Of a stretch of DNA of 61,952 nt, positions 51,677 through 61,096 are shown piece by piece; position 1 is the stretch's first letter; each line of letters opens with the position of its first letter. This DNA comes from an uncultured Haliangium sp. Its GTDB lineage: Bacteria > Pseudomonadota > Gammaproteobacteria > GCA-001735895. The stretch covers positions 1-61,952 of the forward strand of contig CAXMQY010000127.1 of the NCBI GenBank assembly GCA_964195735.1, in the 5' to 3' direction. The notes under the pieces were generated by a model. It saw only the letters and a program-made list of their open reading frames with translations. It was not told the origin of the DNA and ran no database searches. Position numbers and translations under genes: made by a program.

Positions 51677-52543
51677 CTAGCCGGCGAACATGGGTTCGGG
51701 GCAGCCGCGGTAGCCTGTTCCGCTGACCACAAGTACCCTTCCTGGGCTCGTGACACCTGGTGCGGGAGCGGCTTCGTGAACTTCGACCGAGGTGGTGGTG
51801 ACGTAGATCAGGTCGAGTTTCGGTCCACCGAACATGACACTGCTGACCACCTGGCCCGGAAAGTCGATGCGCCTGTCGAGGCTGCCATCCGGAGCGATGC
51901 GGATAATACAGGCATCGTCCCACTGCGCGCTCCAGATGTAACCCTCGGCATCGACGGTGGCGCCATCCGGGTTGCAATCGGCGAGTAGTATCCGGCCATT
52001 ACGTGGATTCAGCTCGGGGCCGTAATCGAACACTTCGATCGCGCACTCGTCACGTCCGGTTACATACAGAAGGTCACCTGCTGCGCTGAAACAGGGGCCG
52101 TTGAAACAGCTGAATCCCTGCAGGATGTCGCGCAGTTCGAACTCGGCTGTCAGCAAGTACATCGAACAATCGACATGCTGGTGGAAATCGATATTCATCG
52201 CGCCGGTAACAAAGTTGCCGAAGGGATCGACCTTGCCATCGTTGAGGCGCAGGCCGTCCGTGCCAGCGAGCGGCTGCACGATAAGCTCGACTTCACCATT
52301 AGCCGGATCAAAGGCATAAATACCCTGGTCCATCGCCAATATCAGGCCACCCGTACCCCGCAGCGCGAGGCTGCCGACGGTGCTACCCGGCAACGGCCAT
52401 GTCCGGGTCTTGCCACTCGAAAAGTCGTATCGGTACAGAGCCGGAGCGAAGCTGTCGACCCAGTACAACGCCTCACCCTGAGGATCCCACAGCGGGCCTT
52501 CGCCAAGCTGGCACTGGTAGTCGCCGAGCGCGGAAATCTTCAC
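51677..52543 (-). CDS. SMP-30/gluconolactonase/LRE family protein
   Basis: LGEGPLWD, RLNDGKVDPFG, FNG, PDGATVDAEG.IWSA and FGGPKLD.IYVT motifs. Confidence 0.92.
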   Translation of the reverse strand: MKISALGDYQCQLGEGPLWDPQGEALYWVDSFAPALYRYDFSSGKTRTWPLPGSTVGSLALRGTGGLILAMDQGIYAFDPANGEVELIVQPLAGTDGLRLNDGKVDPFGNFVTGAMNIDFHQHVDCSMYLLTAEFELRDILQGFSCFNGPCFSAAGDLLYVTGRDECAIEVFDYGPELNPRNGRILLADCNPDGATVDAEGYIWSAQWDDACIIRIAPDGSLDRRIDFPGQVVSSVMFGGPKLDLIYVTTTSVEVHEAAPAPGVTSPGRVLVVSGTGYRGCPEPMFAG

Positions 52544-53478
52544 CTGCCAGGCCCGCTAACCGGCATCGACTCGGCAATCGCCCGGATGTGTTCAGGATTG
52601 GTACCACAACAGCCGCCGATCACTCGAATTCCATGCGCTTGCTGCAGCGCCTGGTTCGCCCGTGCAAAACTTGCAGGCTCCTCGGTGTCGAGTTCTTCGA
52701 GCCCATCCAGCTCTGCCGCGGTACGCGCCGAGGTATTGCCACTGAAACTGATGATGCGACCCTCGATGCCGGGATTTTTTTCGAGCGCCTGCTGCAACAC
52801 GCTTGGATGCACACAGTTGACCGCATAGCAGGGAACCGCGCCGACAGTGCTCGCATCGATCTGCTCGATCGCCCGCGCCAGCCGTGTCCCGTCGAGCAAA
52901 CAGCCCGACTTGTCGACGACGAAGCTGATGATATAAGGCAACCCGGTCTGCGCCATGAGCTGCGCGATACCGATTGCTTCGGTCAGGGCAGGCAGGGTAG
53001 CCGCCTGCAGGAAATCGACGCCACCTGCCACGAGGTCTTCAATCTGATAAGCGTGAAATTGCCGTGCGGCCTCGCTGGACAAGGCTTCCTCGGGTTTATA
53101 GGCATCGCCGCGTGGCCCGATCGTACCACCGACCAGCAGGGTCGGGGCAGTATCGCCGTAACTGTCCACGATAGCGCGCAAAAACCTTGTGTTGTCGCGA
53201 TTAACTGCCCGGCCGCGAAATGCCGAGGCATCGACACGCTCGCGATTGGCGCGCCAGGTAGCGGTGGTAGTCAGCATCGGTCGCCGCTGTGCGACCGCGA
53301 CATCGATGTATTCGCGGAAGACGCGCTCGAGCACCTTTGCCCATTGCGGGTGATACACCAGGCCCGCGTGCGCGATGTGCTCATCGAATTCAACTTCGGG
53401 GCTGCGCCGCAGCAGTTCATACATCGAACCATCACCGAGTATGAGCTGATCCGTCTGCAACAATGCGTGTAGATTCAT
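52540..53478 (-). CDS. Homocysteine S-methyltransferase family protein
   Basis: LGDG, IGPRGDAY, AVNC and GGCCGT (Zn ligands). Confidence 0.88.
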   Translation of the reverse strand: MNLHALLQTDQLILGDGSMYELLRRSPEVEFDEHIAHAGLVYHPQWAKVLERVFREYIDVAVAQRRPMLTTTATWRANRERVDASAFRGRAVNRDNTRFLRAIVDSYGDTAPTLLVGGTIGPRGDAYKPEEALSSEAARQFHAYQIEDLVAGGVDFLQAATLPALTEAIGIAQLMAQTGLPYIISFVVDKSGCLLDGTRLARAIEQIDASTVGAVPCYAVNCVHPSVLQQALEKNPGIEGRIISFSGNTSARTAAELDGLEELDTEEPASFARANQALQQAHGIRVIGGCCGTNPEHIRAIAESMPVSGPGR

Positions 53479-53605
53479 TGACTGGTGCCTCCCTGGGCAG
53501 AGATTCGATTTAGCCAGAAGCCGGAATTTATCACACTATCCCGTGTTCAGCCCGGGCAGTGTGCGGCACAGCGGAGCTGTCGCCAAATGCAGCGGTCAAC
53601 GCTCT

Positions 53606-55543
53606 TCAATCATGCCCCAGCGAACGCACGAAGGTCTTCACTTCATCGAGATCGGAACTGCGCCGCATTGGTGGCAGGCTATCGAGCATGCCGCGACCGT
53701 AGCCCTTTGTGTTGAGTCGATTGTCACAAAGAACGACGATACCGCGGTCGCCGGCATCACGAATCAGGCGCCCTGTCCCCTGGCGCAGGCTGATTGTCGC
53801 TTCCGGAACCTGGATTTCGAAAAATGCGTTACCGCCGTGTTGGTTGACCCGCTGGATGCGTTTGCGATACACCGGATCCTGCGGCGACTTGAATGGCAGC
53901 TTGTCTATGATCACGCAGCGCAACTGGTCGCCCTTGACGTCCACGCCTTCCCAGAAACTGCTGGTGCCGAGCAGCACCGGATTGTCGATGCGGATGAATT
54001 GCTGCAACAACTCGTTTCGCTGCAGCTCACCCTGCACCAGCAGCGGATAATCGCAGTGCGCGCGCAGGTACTCGGCGGTCAGGCTGAGCATGCGGTAACT
54101 GGTGAAGAGGATGAAACAATGTCCTGAACAAGCCTCCACCAGTTCACGGCAGAGCTCGCCGAACAGCATCGGAAAGCGCTCATCCGAAGGGTCTGGCAAC
54201 TGCCGCGGCAGGTACAGCAACGCCTGTGTCGCGTAATCGAAGGGGCTGTCAAAATTGGCACATTCGATATCGGCAAGCCCGAGACGCTCGCTGTAGTAGC
54301 GAAACGATTGCTGCGAACTCAGCGTTGCCGAGGTGAAAAACACAGAGCGGAAATCGGCCAGCTTCAATTGCTCGCGAAATGGCTGCGCCACTTCTAACGG
54401 TGAGCGCACCAGGCGGAAACTGCGCTCGCTCAATTCATACCAGCTGACCTGGTTGTCCTCGATCTCGAGAAAACTCGCCAACGACTGCATCAACCCCTGC
54501 AGGCGACGGTAGCAAACCGCCAGTTCCTTGCCGCGACCGATCATGGTCTCGAGTTCGCTAGCCAATGTCTGTAACGCATCCCTCAGTACCGTTAATGCGC
54601 CTTGTATCGGGGGCGCGTGCTGGATGCGCTCCCACTCCGCCTTTTGTGCAAACGGTTGCAGCGCGAGTCGAAAATCGGCTGCGCGCCGCGTGACAGCGTC
54701 GCTATGTTTTTGCAATACCCTGGATTCGGCCGCCTCGGCGACCTCGGCATCGACGATTTCACGACACAGCATCTCGATCTGGCGCAGGGTAATCTGCTCG
54801 CCGTAAAAATTTCCGGCAATCTCGGGAAGCTGGTGCGCCTCATCGAAAATCAGCACGTCGGCGGCGGGCAGCAATTCACCGAAACCGTCCTGCTTCAATG
54901 CCAGGTCGGAAAAATACAGGTGATGATTGATGACAATGATATCGGCATCCATCGCCTGCTTGCGCGCTTTCAGCACGAAACAGCGATCGATTTCAGGACA
55001 ATCGCTGCCGAGGCAATTGTCAACATTTGAGGTCGCGTAATACCACAGGCTGTCGTTTTCAGGAATATCGGCGAATTCACCGATGTCACCACTGTCGCTG
55101 TGCGCCGACCAGGCTGCCAGCGCGTTAAATATCGCCACCATCTCACGACTCTTGAAACGATCCTGGTGGCGATACTGGTTCAGTCGGTGCGGGCAACAGT
55201 AGTTACTACGCCCTTTCAGCAAAGCCACTTTACGAGCGCTGACGATGGCCTTGCGCAGCAGTGGAATATCTTTCTGGAACAGTTGATCCTGCAAGTTTCG
55301 TGTGCCGGTGGAAATAACTACCCGCGCGTCACTCAGGAATGCGGGTACGAGGTAGGCGAAAGATTTACCGATACCGGTGCTGGCCTCGATAATCCTTGAT
55401 TCGCCCTGCGCGATCGCTTCAGCGATCAACTCCGCCATGGCGAGCTGACTGGCGCGCGATTCGAAACCCTCGATGTGCTCACCGATGATGCCGTCGTGGC
55501 CGAGCACCGCCGCTACGTCGAGTTCAGTCGAAAGCTGCGGCAT
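53606..55543 (-). CDS. yoaA: DinG-family ATP-dependent DNA helicase (YoaA-like)
   Basis: EASTGIGKS, KGRSNY, Fe-S cysteines, DEAH, TSATL, SFWEGVDV and QGTGRLIR motifs. Confidence 0.88.
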   Translation of the reverse strand: MPQLSTELDVAAVLGHDGIIGEHIEGFESRASQLAMAELIAEAIAQGESRIIEASTGIGKSFAYLVPAFLSDARVVISTGTRNLQDQLFQKDIPLLRKAIVSARKVALLKGRSNYCCPHRLNQYRHQDRFKSREMVAIFNALAAWSAHSDSGDIGEFADIPENDSLWYYATSNVDNCLGSDCPEIDRCFVLKARKQAMDADIIVINHHLYFSDLALKQDGFGELLPAADVLIFDEAHQLPEIAGNFYGEQITLRQIEMLCREIVDAEVAEAAESRVLQKHSDAVTRRAADFRLALQPFAQKAEWERIQHAPPIQGALTVLRDALQTLASELETMIGRGKELAVCYRRLQGLMQSLASFLEIEDNQVSWYELSERSFRLVRSPLEVAQPFREQLKLADFRSVFFTSATLSSQQSFRYYSERLGLADIECANFDSPFDYATQALLYLPRQLPDPSDERFPMLFGELCRELVEACSGHCFILFTSYRMLSLTAEYLRAHCDYPLLVQGELQRNELLQQFIRIDNPVLLGTSSFWEGVDVKGDQLRCVIIDKLPFKSPQDPVYRKRIQRVNQHGGNAFFEIQVPEATISLRQGTGRLIRDAGDRGIVVLCDNRLNTKGYGRGMLDSLPPMRRSSDLDEVKTFVRSLGHD

Positions 55544-55545
55544 TT

Positions 55546-55956
55546 TTACTGGCACTGGTCCCGCAACGCGGCATTGGCGTCGTCAACTGCCGGATCGTTC
55601 TGACTGTAGCTATGCGAACGCTCGATCATGCTCAGGCAATGCTCATATTCGCCGCGGCGCCAATAGATATCGGCAAGATAATGCCAGCTCCAGGCGTTGC
55701 GCGGCTGTATCTTGATCGCCCGCTGCAGGTAATCGATGGCGAGCGGATATTGGTCCTCGTTGATCGCTGCCAGCGCCTGGTTCTGCAGCTGGATGACCGC
55801 TGCGGCGACCGCTTCGGCCTCGGACGAGGCGTCTTCAATGCTGCGCTGATAGCGATTATCGGGCTCTTGCTCGGGTACGCTGCATGCAGCGCAGATTGCA
55901 ACCAGCGCGAGGATCGCAAGACGGCCAAATGAAAAGATTGAACGGGTTACTGGCAT
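55546..55956 (-). CDS. TPR-containing lipoprotein
   Basis: Lipobox-like CAAC, TPR segment AIDYLQRAIKIQPRNAWSWHYLA; downstream of mrcB. Confidence 0.8.
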   Translation of the reverse strand: MPVTRSIFSFGRLAILALVAICAACSVPEQEPDNRYQRSIEDASSEAEAVAAAVIQLQNQALAAINEDQYPLAIDYLQRAIKIQPRNAWSWHYLADIYWRRGEYEHCLSMIERSHSYSQNDPAVDDANAALRDQCQ

Positions 55957-58223
55957 CGCGCACGGGTTTTCGGAATTCGATCTTTGGGAATCGGTAACAA
56001 TACACTATTTGCGCATCCCTGTTGGCTGATTCCTCCTGTTAACGCATCGATATGGCGCCAGACCAGGCTGTCGTCACGGCTCAGCTTGAAGGGCTCGAAA
56101 CCCTGTAACTCCATGATATCCGCCCACACCCGCAGGGCGCCGGAAGAGCCCGTAAGGCCGATCGGCGCATTGTCGTCCCGTCCCAGCCAGACCACGCTTA
56201 ACAGGCGCTCGGAAAACCCGGCAAACCAGGAGTCGCGGGCGTCGTTGGTGGTGCCGGTTTTGCCTGCCAGAGTTTGCTCGCCAAAGCGCTGTGCGAGGTA
56301 ACGAGCAGTCCCCTGTTCGCCGACACCGACCATGGCGCGCTGCACCTGGATCATGCGCGCCTGGTCAAACAGCTTGTGCGATTCCAGCGGAATTCGCGCC
56401 AGGGTCCGGTTTTGCTGATCGGTGACGCTGCGTATTGTCGTCAGCGGTGTAAAGTAGCCATTGTTGGCGATCACCTGGAACATCTGCGCTACTTCGAATG
56501 CGGACATCGCCGTGGTGCCGAGCAACATCGACGGGTACACCACCTCGTGTTTTAGCAGCTTGATCTTCTCCAGGCTCAGCGCCAGCGCCTCGAGTCCACC
56601 CTGCTCTACACCAAGCGCGATAAACGGCAGGTTGTAAGAACGGATAAAGGCCTCGTACAGGCTCATCTTGCCGTGCAGCTTACGGTCGTAATTACGCGGC
56701 TCCCAGACATCACCATTTGACTGGCGAATACGAATCGGTTGATCAGTCACCAGGCTCGCCAGGCTCAGATCACCCTGTAGCAGTGTGTACAGCAGTAACG
56801 GCTTGATCAGCGAGCCGATCTGGCGCTGCGCCATGAGCGCCCGGTTGAATCCCGGGTAATCGGTAACCCGGTCACCGACCAGCGCCAGGATATCGCCATT
56901 CAGGTAATCGGTCATGACCACGGCCGCCTGCAACTCGGGTTGCTTGAAACGTTGCAGGCCGCGCGCCAGCCCGCGCTCGAGATTTTGTTGCACCAATGGA
57001 TCGAAAGCGGTGAAAACACGCAACCCCTGGCGCGACAGCTCGGCATCGGAATAACTGCTCTGCAACTGCTGCTTGGCCATGTCCAGGTAGGCCGGGAACG
57101 GATTGACACCGGGCAATTTCCGCGCTACGCCGAGCGCTTTTGCGCGCGCGCTTTCGTATGCCGTCATATCCAGCAAACCCTGTTGCTGCATGATCTTCAA
57201 CACCAGGTTGCGGCGCTCTAGTGCGGCCTCGGGGGCGGTCAGCGGGTTGTAGCGTGACGGCCCCTTGACCATACCCACCAGCAGCGCCAGTTGCTCTGGC
57301 GCGAGCCGGTCGACGCCGCGATTGAACAGCATCCGGCTGGCGCGTGCAAAACCGTGGATAGCGATGCGATTCTGCTGCAACAGAAACACTTCGTTGATGT
57401 ATGCAGTGATGATTGCTTGCTTGCTGAAACGCAGCTCCAGCAACAACGCCATGAAGGCCTCGTTGATCTTGCGCGGTAGCGACCTTTCCGGTGTCAGGAA
57501 CATGTTCTTGGCAAGTTGCTGCGTCAGCGTGCTGCCACCCTGCACCGTCTTGCCGGCTTTCAGGTTGGCCCAGAGCGCGCGCAGGATCGCGAACGGACTG
57601 ACACCCGAATGCTGGTAGAAGGAACGATCCTCGACCGCGATCAGCGCCGCCACCAATCGCTCGGGCACTTCGCTTTCGGCGAGCAATAAACGGTCCTGCC
57701 CGCTTTGCGGGTAATAACTGCCGAGAATCAGTGGGGGCACGCGAAACACCGCGAGATCGGCACTCGTCGTTGAATCGGTGAGCGCGAGGATATGCCCATC
57801 GTCGAAGAAAACCTGCAATTGTCGCGCCGCCTGCGCCTGGTCGGTGAATTCGAAGGCGCGGCTATGAAATTCCAGCGAAGCCCCGAGCAAGCGGTACTCG
57901 CCGGGCAAGGGTGGCGTATCGACACGCAGGTAACTGGACAGCTCCAGTTCGTAAACCAAATGCTTGCGGGTCAGGTCCGACCCCGGGTAAAGCTCCAGCG
58001 CACGCGCGTATACCCGCGACGGCAGTGCCCAGGCGCCACCGTCGAAGCGTGAATTGATGAGGTAGTTCAGGTACCCGAGATAAGCCGCAAGCAGCGCCAG
58101 CAGCAACAGCCCGACAGCAAAGAAATAGCGCCTTTTATTGCCACGCTGAGCACTGCTGCGCCGCCGGGTTCGGCCTCGTGCCGATTTCTTTCGGATAGGC
58201 TTGCGGACGGGTTTGCGTGGCAT
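55947..58223 (-). CDS. mrcB: Penicillin-binding protein 1B
   Basis: Basic N-terminus plus TM, UB2H-like region, EDRSF, GGSTLTQQLAKN, SLIK, SYN and KTGT motifs. Confidence 0.95.
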   Translation of the reverse strand: MPRKPVRKPIRKKSARGRTRRRSSAQRGNKRRYFFAVGLLLLALLAAYLGYLNYLINSRFDGGAWALPSRVYARALELYPGSDLTRKHLVYELELSSYLRVDTPPLPGEYRLLGASLEFHSRAFEFTDQAQAARQLQVFFDDGHILALTDSTTSADLAVFRVPPLILGSYYPQSGQDRLLLAESEVPERLVAALIAVEDRSFYQHSGVSPFAILRALWANLKAGKTVQGGSTLTQQLAKNMFLTPERSLPRKINEAFMALLLELRFSKQAIITAYINEVFLLQQNRIAIHGFARASRMLFNRGVDRLAPEQLALLVGMVKGPSRYNPLTAPEAALERRNLVLKIMQQQGLLDMTAYESARAKALGVARKLPGVNPFPAYLDMAKQQLQSSYSDAELSRQGLRVFTAFDPLVQQNLERGLARGLQRFKQPELQAAVVMTDYLNGDILALVGDRVTDYPGFNRALMAQRQIGSLIKPLLLYTLLQGDLSLASLVTDQPIRIRQSNGDVWEPRNYDRKLHGKMSLYEAFIRSYNLPFIALGVEQGGLEALALSLEKIKLLKHEVVYPSMLLGTTAMSAFEVAQMFQVIANNGYFTPLTTIRSVTDQQNRTLARIPLESHKLFDQARMIQVQRAMVGVGEQGTARYLAQRFGEQTLAGKTGTTNDARDSWFAGFSERLLSVVWLGRDDNAPIGLTGSSGALRVWADIMELQGFEPFKLSRDDSLVWRHIDALTGGISQQGCANSVLLPIPKDRIPKTRARCQ

Positions 58224-58244
58224 GGTGATGCCGTCGGCGAGACC

Positions 58245-59303
58245 TTAGCCGGCTTGACGCTTTGCCTTGACCGCCTCGGCCAGTTCGCGCAACAGCTTTT
58301 CCGAATCGTCCCAGCCGATGCAGGCATCGGTGATGCTCTGTCCGTAGGTCGGCTCGACCCCGGGTACGTAATTCTGACGACCTTCGACCAGGTGTGACTC
58401 GATCATCAGGCCGAAGATATTATCCTGTCCGGTATTAATCTGGTGAATGATGTCGCGGCACACTTCGACTTGCTTGTGGAACTGCTTCTGGCTGTTGGCG
58501 TGACTGGTATCGATCATCAGCCGCGGGTTGAGACCGCTTGCCTTGAGCCTTTCGGTCACCGCGGCGACGCTGACACGATCATAGTTGGGGCGATCCGCGC
58601 CACCACGCAGGATGACATGGGTGTACTCGTTGCCGGCGGTAGTGAAAATGGCCGAGTGCCCCTGCAGCGTAATCGAAATGAAATGGTGCGAACCCTGCGC
58701 CGCGCCCATCGCATCGATCGCAACCTGCACACCGCCATCGGTACCGTTCTTGAAACCGACCGGGCATGAAAGCCCCGACGCCAGTTCACGGTGACCCTGG
58801 CTTTCGGTGGTGCGCGCACCGATGGCGCCCCAGCACACCAGGTCGGAAATGTATTGCGGGCTGATCAGGTCGAGGTATTCGTGGCCCGCGGGAACGCCCA
58901 TCTCGGCGAGGTTGAGCAACAGTTCGCGCGCCTTGCGTACGCCCTTGTTGATGCGGAAGCTTCCGTCGAGGTCGGGATCGTTGATCAAGCCCTTCCAGCC
59001 CACCGTGGTGCGCGGTTTTTCGAAGTAGACGCGCATCACGATCACCAGTTCCTGCTCGAGTTCATCCTTGAGTTTCTTCAGGCGATCCGCGTATTCCAGC
59101 GCGGCCCCGGTATCGTGGATCGAACAGGGCCCGATGATAACCACCAGGCGATCGTCGTTGCCGTCGAGCACATCGTAAATCTGCTGACGTGTTTCGGTCA
59201 CTGTCCGTGCCGCCTGCTCGGACAGCGGCAGGTCTTGCATCAACGCTTCCGGTGTCTGGATTTCCTTGGTGCCCGTGATGCGCAGGTCTTTGGTCTGATG
59301 CAT
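58245..59303 (-). CDS. aroG: Class I DAHP synthase (AroG/F/H isoform not resolvable from sequence alone)
   Basis: GPCSIHD, RVYFEKPRTTVGWKG, GARTTESQ.HRELASG and SITDAC motifs. Alternative start 59309. Confidence 0.92.
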   Translation of the reverse strand: MHQTKDLRITGTKEIQTPEALMQDLPLSEQAARTVTETRQQIYDVLDGNDDRLVVIIGPCSIHDTGAALEYADRLKKLKDELEQELVIVMRVYFEKPRTTVGWKGLINDPDLDGSFRINKGVRKARELLLNLAEMGVPAGHEYLDLISPQYISDLVCWGAIGARTTESQGHRELASGLSCPVGFKNGTDGGVQVAIDAMGAAQGSHHFISITLQGHSAIFTTAGNEYTHVILRGGADRPNYDRVSVAAVTERLKASGLNPRLMIDTSHANSQKQFHKQVEVCRDIIHQINTGQDNIFGLMIESHLVEGRQNYVPGVEPTYGQSITDACIGWDDSEKLLRELAEAVKAKRQAG

Positions 59304-59386
59304 AATCATTTCGATATATTTCGCGCCTGGTGTGGCGGTAGTAAAAAGCCGGATATTTTTAACTATCGGCCCAGAAATTGCCAGAG

Positions 59387-60388
59387 CTAATTACCAGACT
59401 TAAATGTATCCAGCAATTCGCGGGTCTGCTCGGCTCTGAGACGAGGCCCATACTGGGTGACGATCTTTGCGGCTGCTTGCGCCGCCAGGTCGCCTGCATG
59501 GTGAAAGCTCATGCCTTGCGACAACCCGTACAGCATCGCGCCGGCAAACATATCACCTGCCCCCAGCGTGTCGATTGCCTCGACCTTGCGCGGTTTTATT
59601 TCGATTTCCATGATGCCGTCGAACAGCAGCGCACCCTCACTGCCCCGCGTGATCGCGAACTTGCGCGCAAGCTTTTTGAACAATTGCACCGCATCCGCGA
59701 GATTATCGCTGCCGGCCAGTTCCATGGCTTCGTCTTCATTGGCGAACAGCAGGTCGACGCCGTTACCGATCATGGCCTCCATCGACTCGCGGAAAAACTT
59801 GACCATGTTCGGATCCGAGAGCGTCAACGACGTCATTATCTTGCGCCTTTCGGCGATGCTCCGCGCTTCGATGGCCGCGTCTCGGGTATTGTCGGAACTC
59901 GCCAGGTATCCTTCGATATAAATTGCATGCGATTGCTTGATCGCCTCCTTGTTGATATCGCTGACATCGAGATCACCGCTAACGCCTAAAAAGGTGTTCA
60001 TTGTGCGGTCCGCGTCGGGAGTCACGAACACCAGGCACTTACCAGTGATGCCACTTGGTAACGGCTTGTTATCGAGACCCGAATGTACGCCAGATTCGTG
60101 CAGGTCGCGGGCAAAGATCTGTCCGGTCATATCATTGGACACGCGGCAATCAAAATGGGCTGTTGCGCCCATTTGTGCCATTGCAATCACCGTATTGGCA
60201 GCCGACCCACCGCAAGTCATACTTTCATGGGATTCCGCAAGCTGCGCGATCAGGCTGTTCTGGCGCTGTTCATCAATGAGCGTCATCACACCCTTGTCGA
60301 TATTTAATTCCGCGAGCTTTGCCGGCGTCGCGTGGTACTCGATATCGACCAGCGCGTTCCCGATCGCATAGACATCGTATTTCTTCAT
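59387..60388 (-). CDS. PfkB family carbohydrate/adenosine kinase
   Basis: IGNALVD, GGSAANT, FANEDE and DTLGAGDMFAG motifs. Confidence 0.92.
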   Translation of the reverse strand: MKKYDVYAIGNALVDIEYHATPAKLAELNIDKGVMTLIDEQRQNSLIAQLAESHESMTCGGSAANTVIAMAQMGATAHFDCRVSNDMTGQIFARDLHESGVHSGLDNKPLPSGITGKCLVFVTPDADRTMNTFLGVSGDLDVSDINKEAIKQSHAIYIEGYLASSDNTRDAAIEARSIAERRKIMTSLTLSDPNMVKFFRESMEAMIGNGVDLLFANEDEAMELAGSDNLADAVQLFKKLARKFAITRGSEGALLFDGIMEIEIKPRKVEAIDTLGAGDMFAGAMLYGLSQGMSFHHAGDLAAQAAAKIVTQYGPRLRAEQTRELLDTFKSGN

Positions 60389-60516
60389 AATCGTCCTTCT
60401 ATCAGTGTCTCAATCGGCGCATTTTAACCGCATTATCAGCAACAAAGGGGATTCTTTAGATTTACTGGTGAAAAAAACTGGAACGATTATCGAAGTAATT
60501 TCAAGGCAGACACTAG

Positions 60517-60553
60517 ATAGTAATCGTCTATTGATTTTATAAATAAAATTAAC
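60517..60553 (+). promoter_or_regulatory. OxyR-like binding site upstream of rubrerythrin
   Basis: ATAG-N7-CTAT-N7-ATAA-N7-TAAC versus the consensus ATAG-N7-CTAT-N7-ATAG-N7-CTAT. Confidence 0.6.
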
Positions 60554-60624
60554 TTCATTTATATTTCTGTCTTGATAATATACGCGCTCCATAGAAGTTA
60601 ACCCCGACAATATCTGGAGGCATC

Positions 60625-61044
60625 ATGTCCCTGAAAGGATCAAAAACTGAGCAAAACCTGAAAGACGCTTTCGCCGGAGAATCACAGGCTAACCGTCGTT
60701 ACCTGTATTTCGCCGCCAAGGCCGACGTCGAAGGCTTCAACGATGTATCCGCGGTTTTCCGCTCCACCGCCGAAGGTGAAACCGGCCATGCCCACGGACA
60801 CCTCGAGTACCTCGAGGAAGTTGGCGACCCCGCAACCGGAATGCCGATCGGTAGCACCGAAAACAACCTGAAAGCATCCATTGCCGGCGAAACCCACGAG
60901 TACACCGACATGTACCCGGGTATGGCGAAATCCGCTCGCGAAGAAGGTTTTGACGAAATTGCAGACTGGTTCGAGACCCTGGCGAAGGCAGAGCGTTCCC
61001 ACGCGAACCGCTTCCAGAAAGCACTCGATAACCTCGACGCTTAA
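60625..61044 (+). CDS. rbr: Rubrerythrin (short form, no rubredoxin domain)
   Basis: [33 protein letters not shown] and AERSH di-iron ligands; GGAGG RBS. Confidence 0.95.
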   Translation: MSLKGSKTEQNLKDAFAGESQANRRYLYFAAKADVEGFNDVSAVFRSTAEGETGHAHGHLEYLEEVGDPATGMPIGSTENNLKASIAGETHEYTDMYPGMAKSAREEGFDEIADWFETLAKAERSHANRFQKALDNLDA

Positions 61045-61050
61045 TCTACA

Positions 61051-61084
61051 CAGGTCACCGGGCCCCCGTGGGCCCGGTGACCTG
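61051..61084 (+). other. Perfect 15-bp intercistronic hairpin
   Basis: CAGGTCACCGGGCCC-CCGT-GGGCCCGGTGACCTG with no U-tract. Confidence 0.75.
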
Positions 61085-61096
61085 ACGAGGACCCGC

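Noticed and set aside
51340-51977. CRISPR array or repeat-protein ORFs over the 135-bp repeats
   Set aside because: Unit length and homologous linkers do not fit repeat-spacer structure and there are no cas genes. The ORFs arise because 135 is a multiple of 3, and one overlaps the SMP-30 gene.
53479-53615. SAH/SAM riboswitch upstream of the homocysteine methyltransferase
   Set aside because: Only a partial word (GAAGAGCGTTG on the minus strand) resembles the SAH motif and I could not build the pairing; an Rfam scan would settle it.
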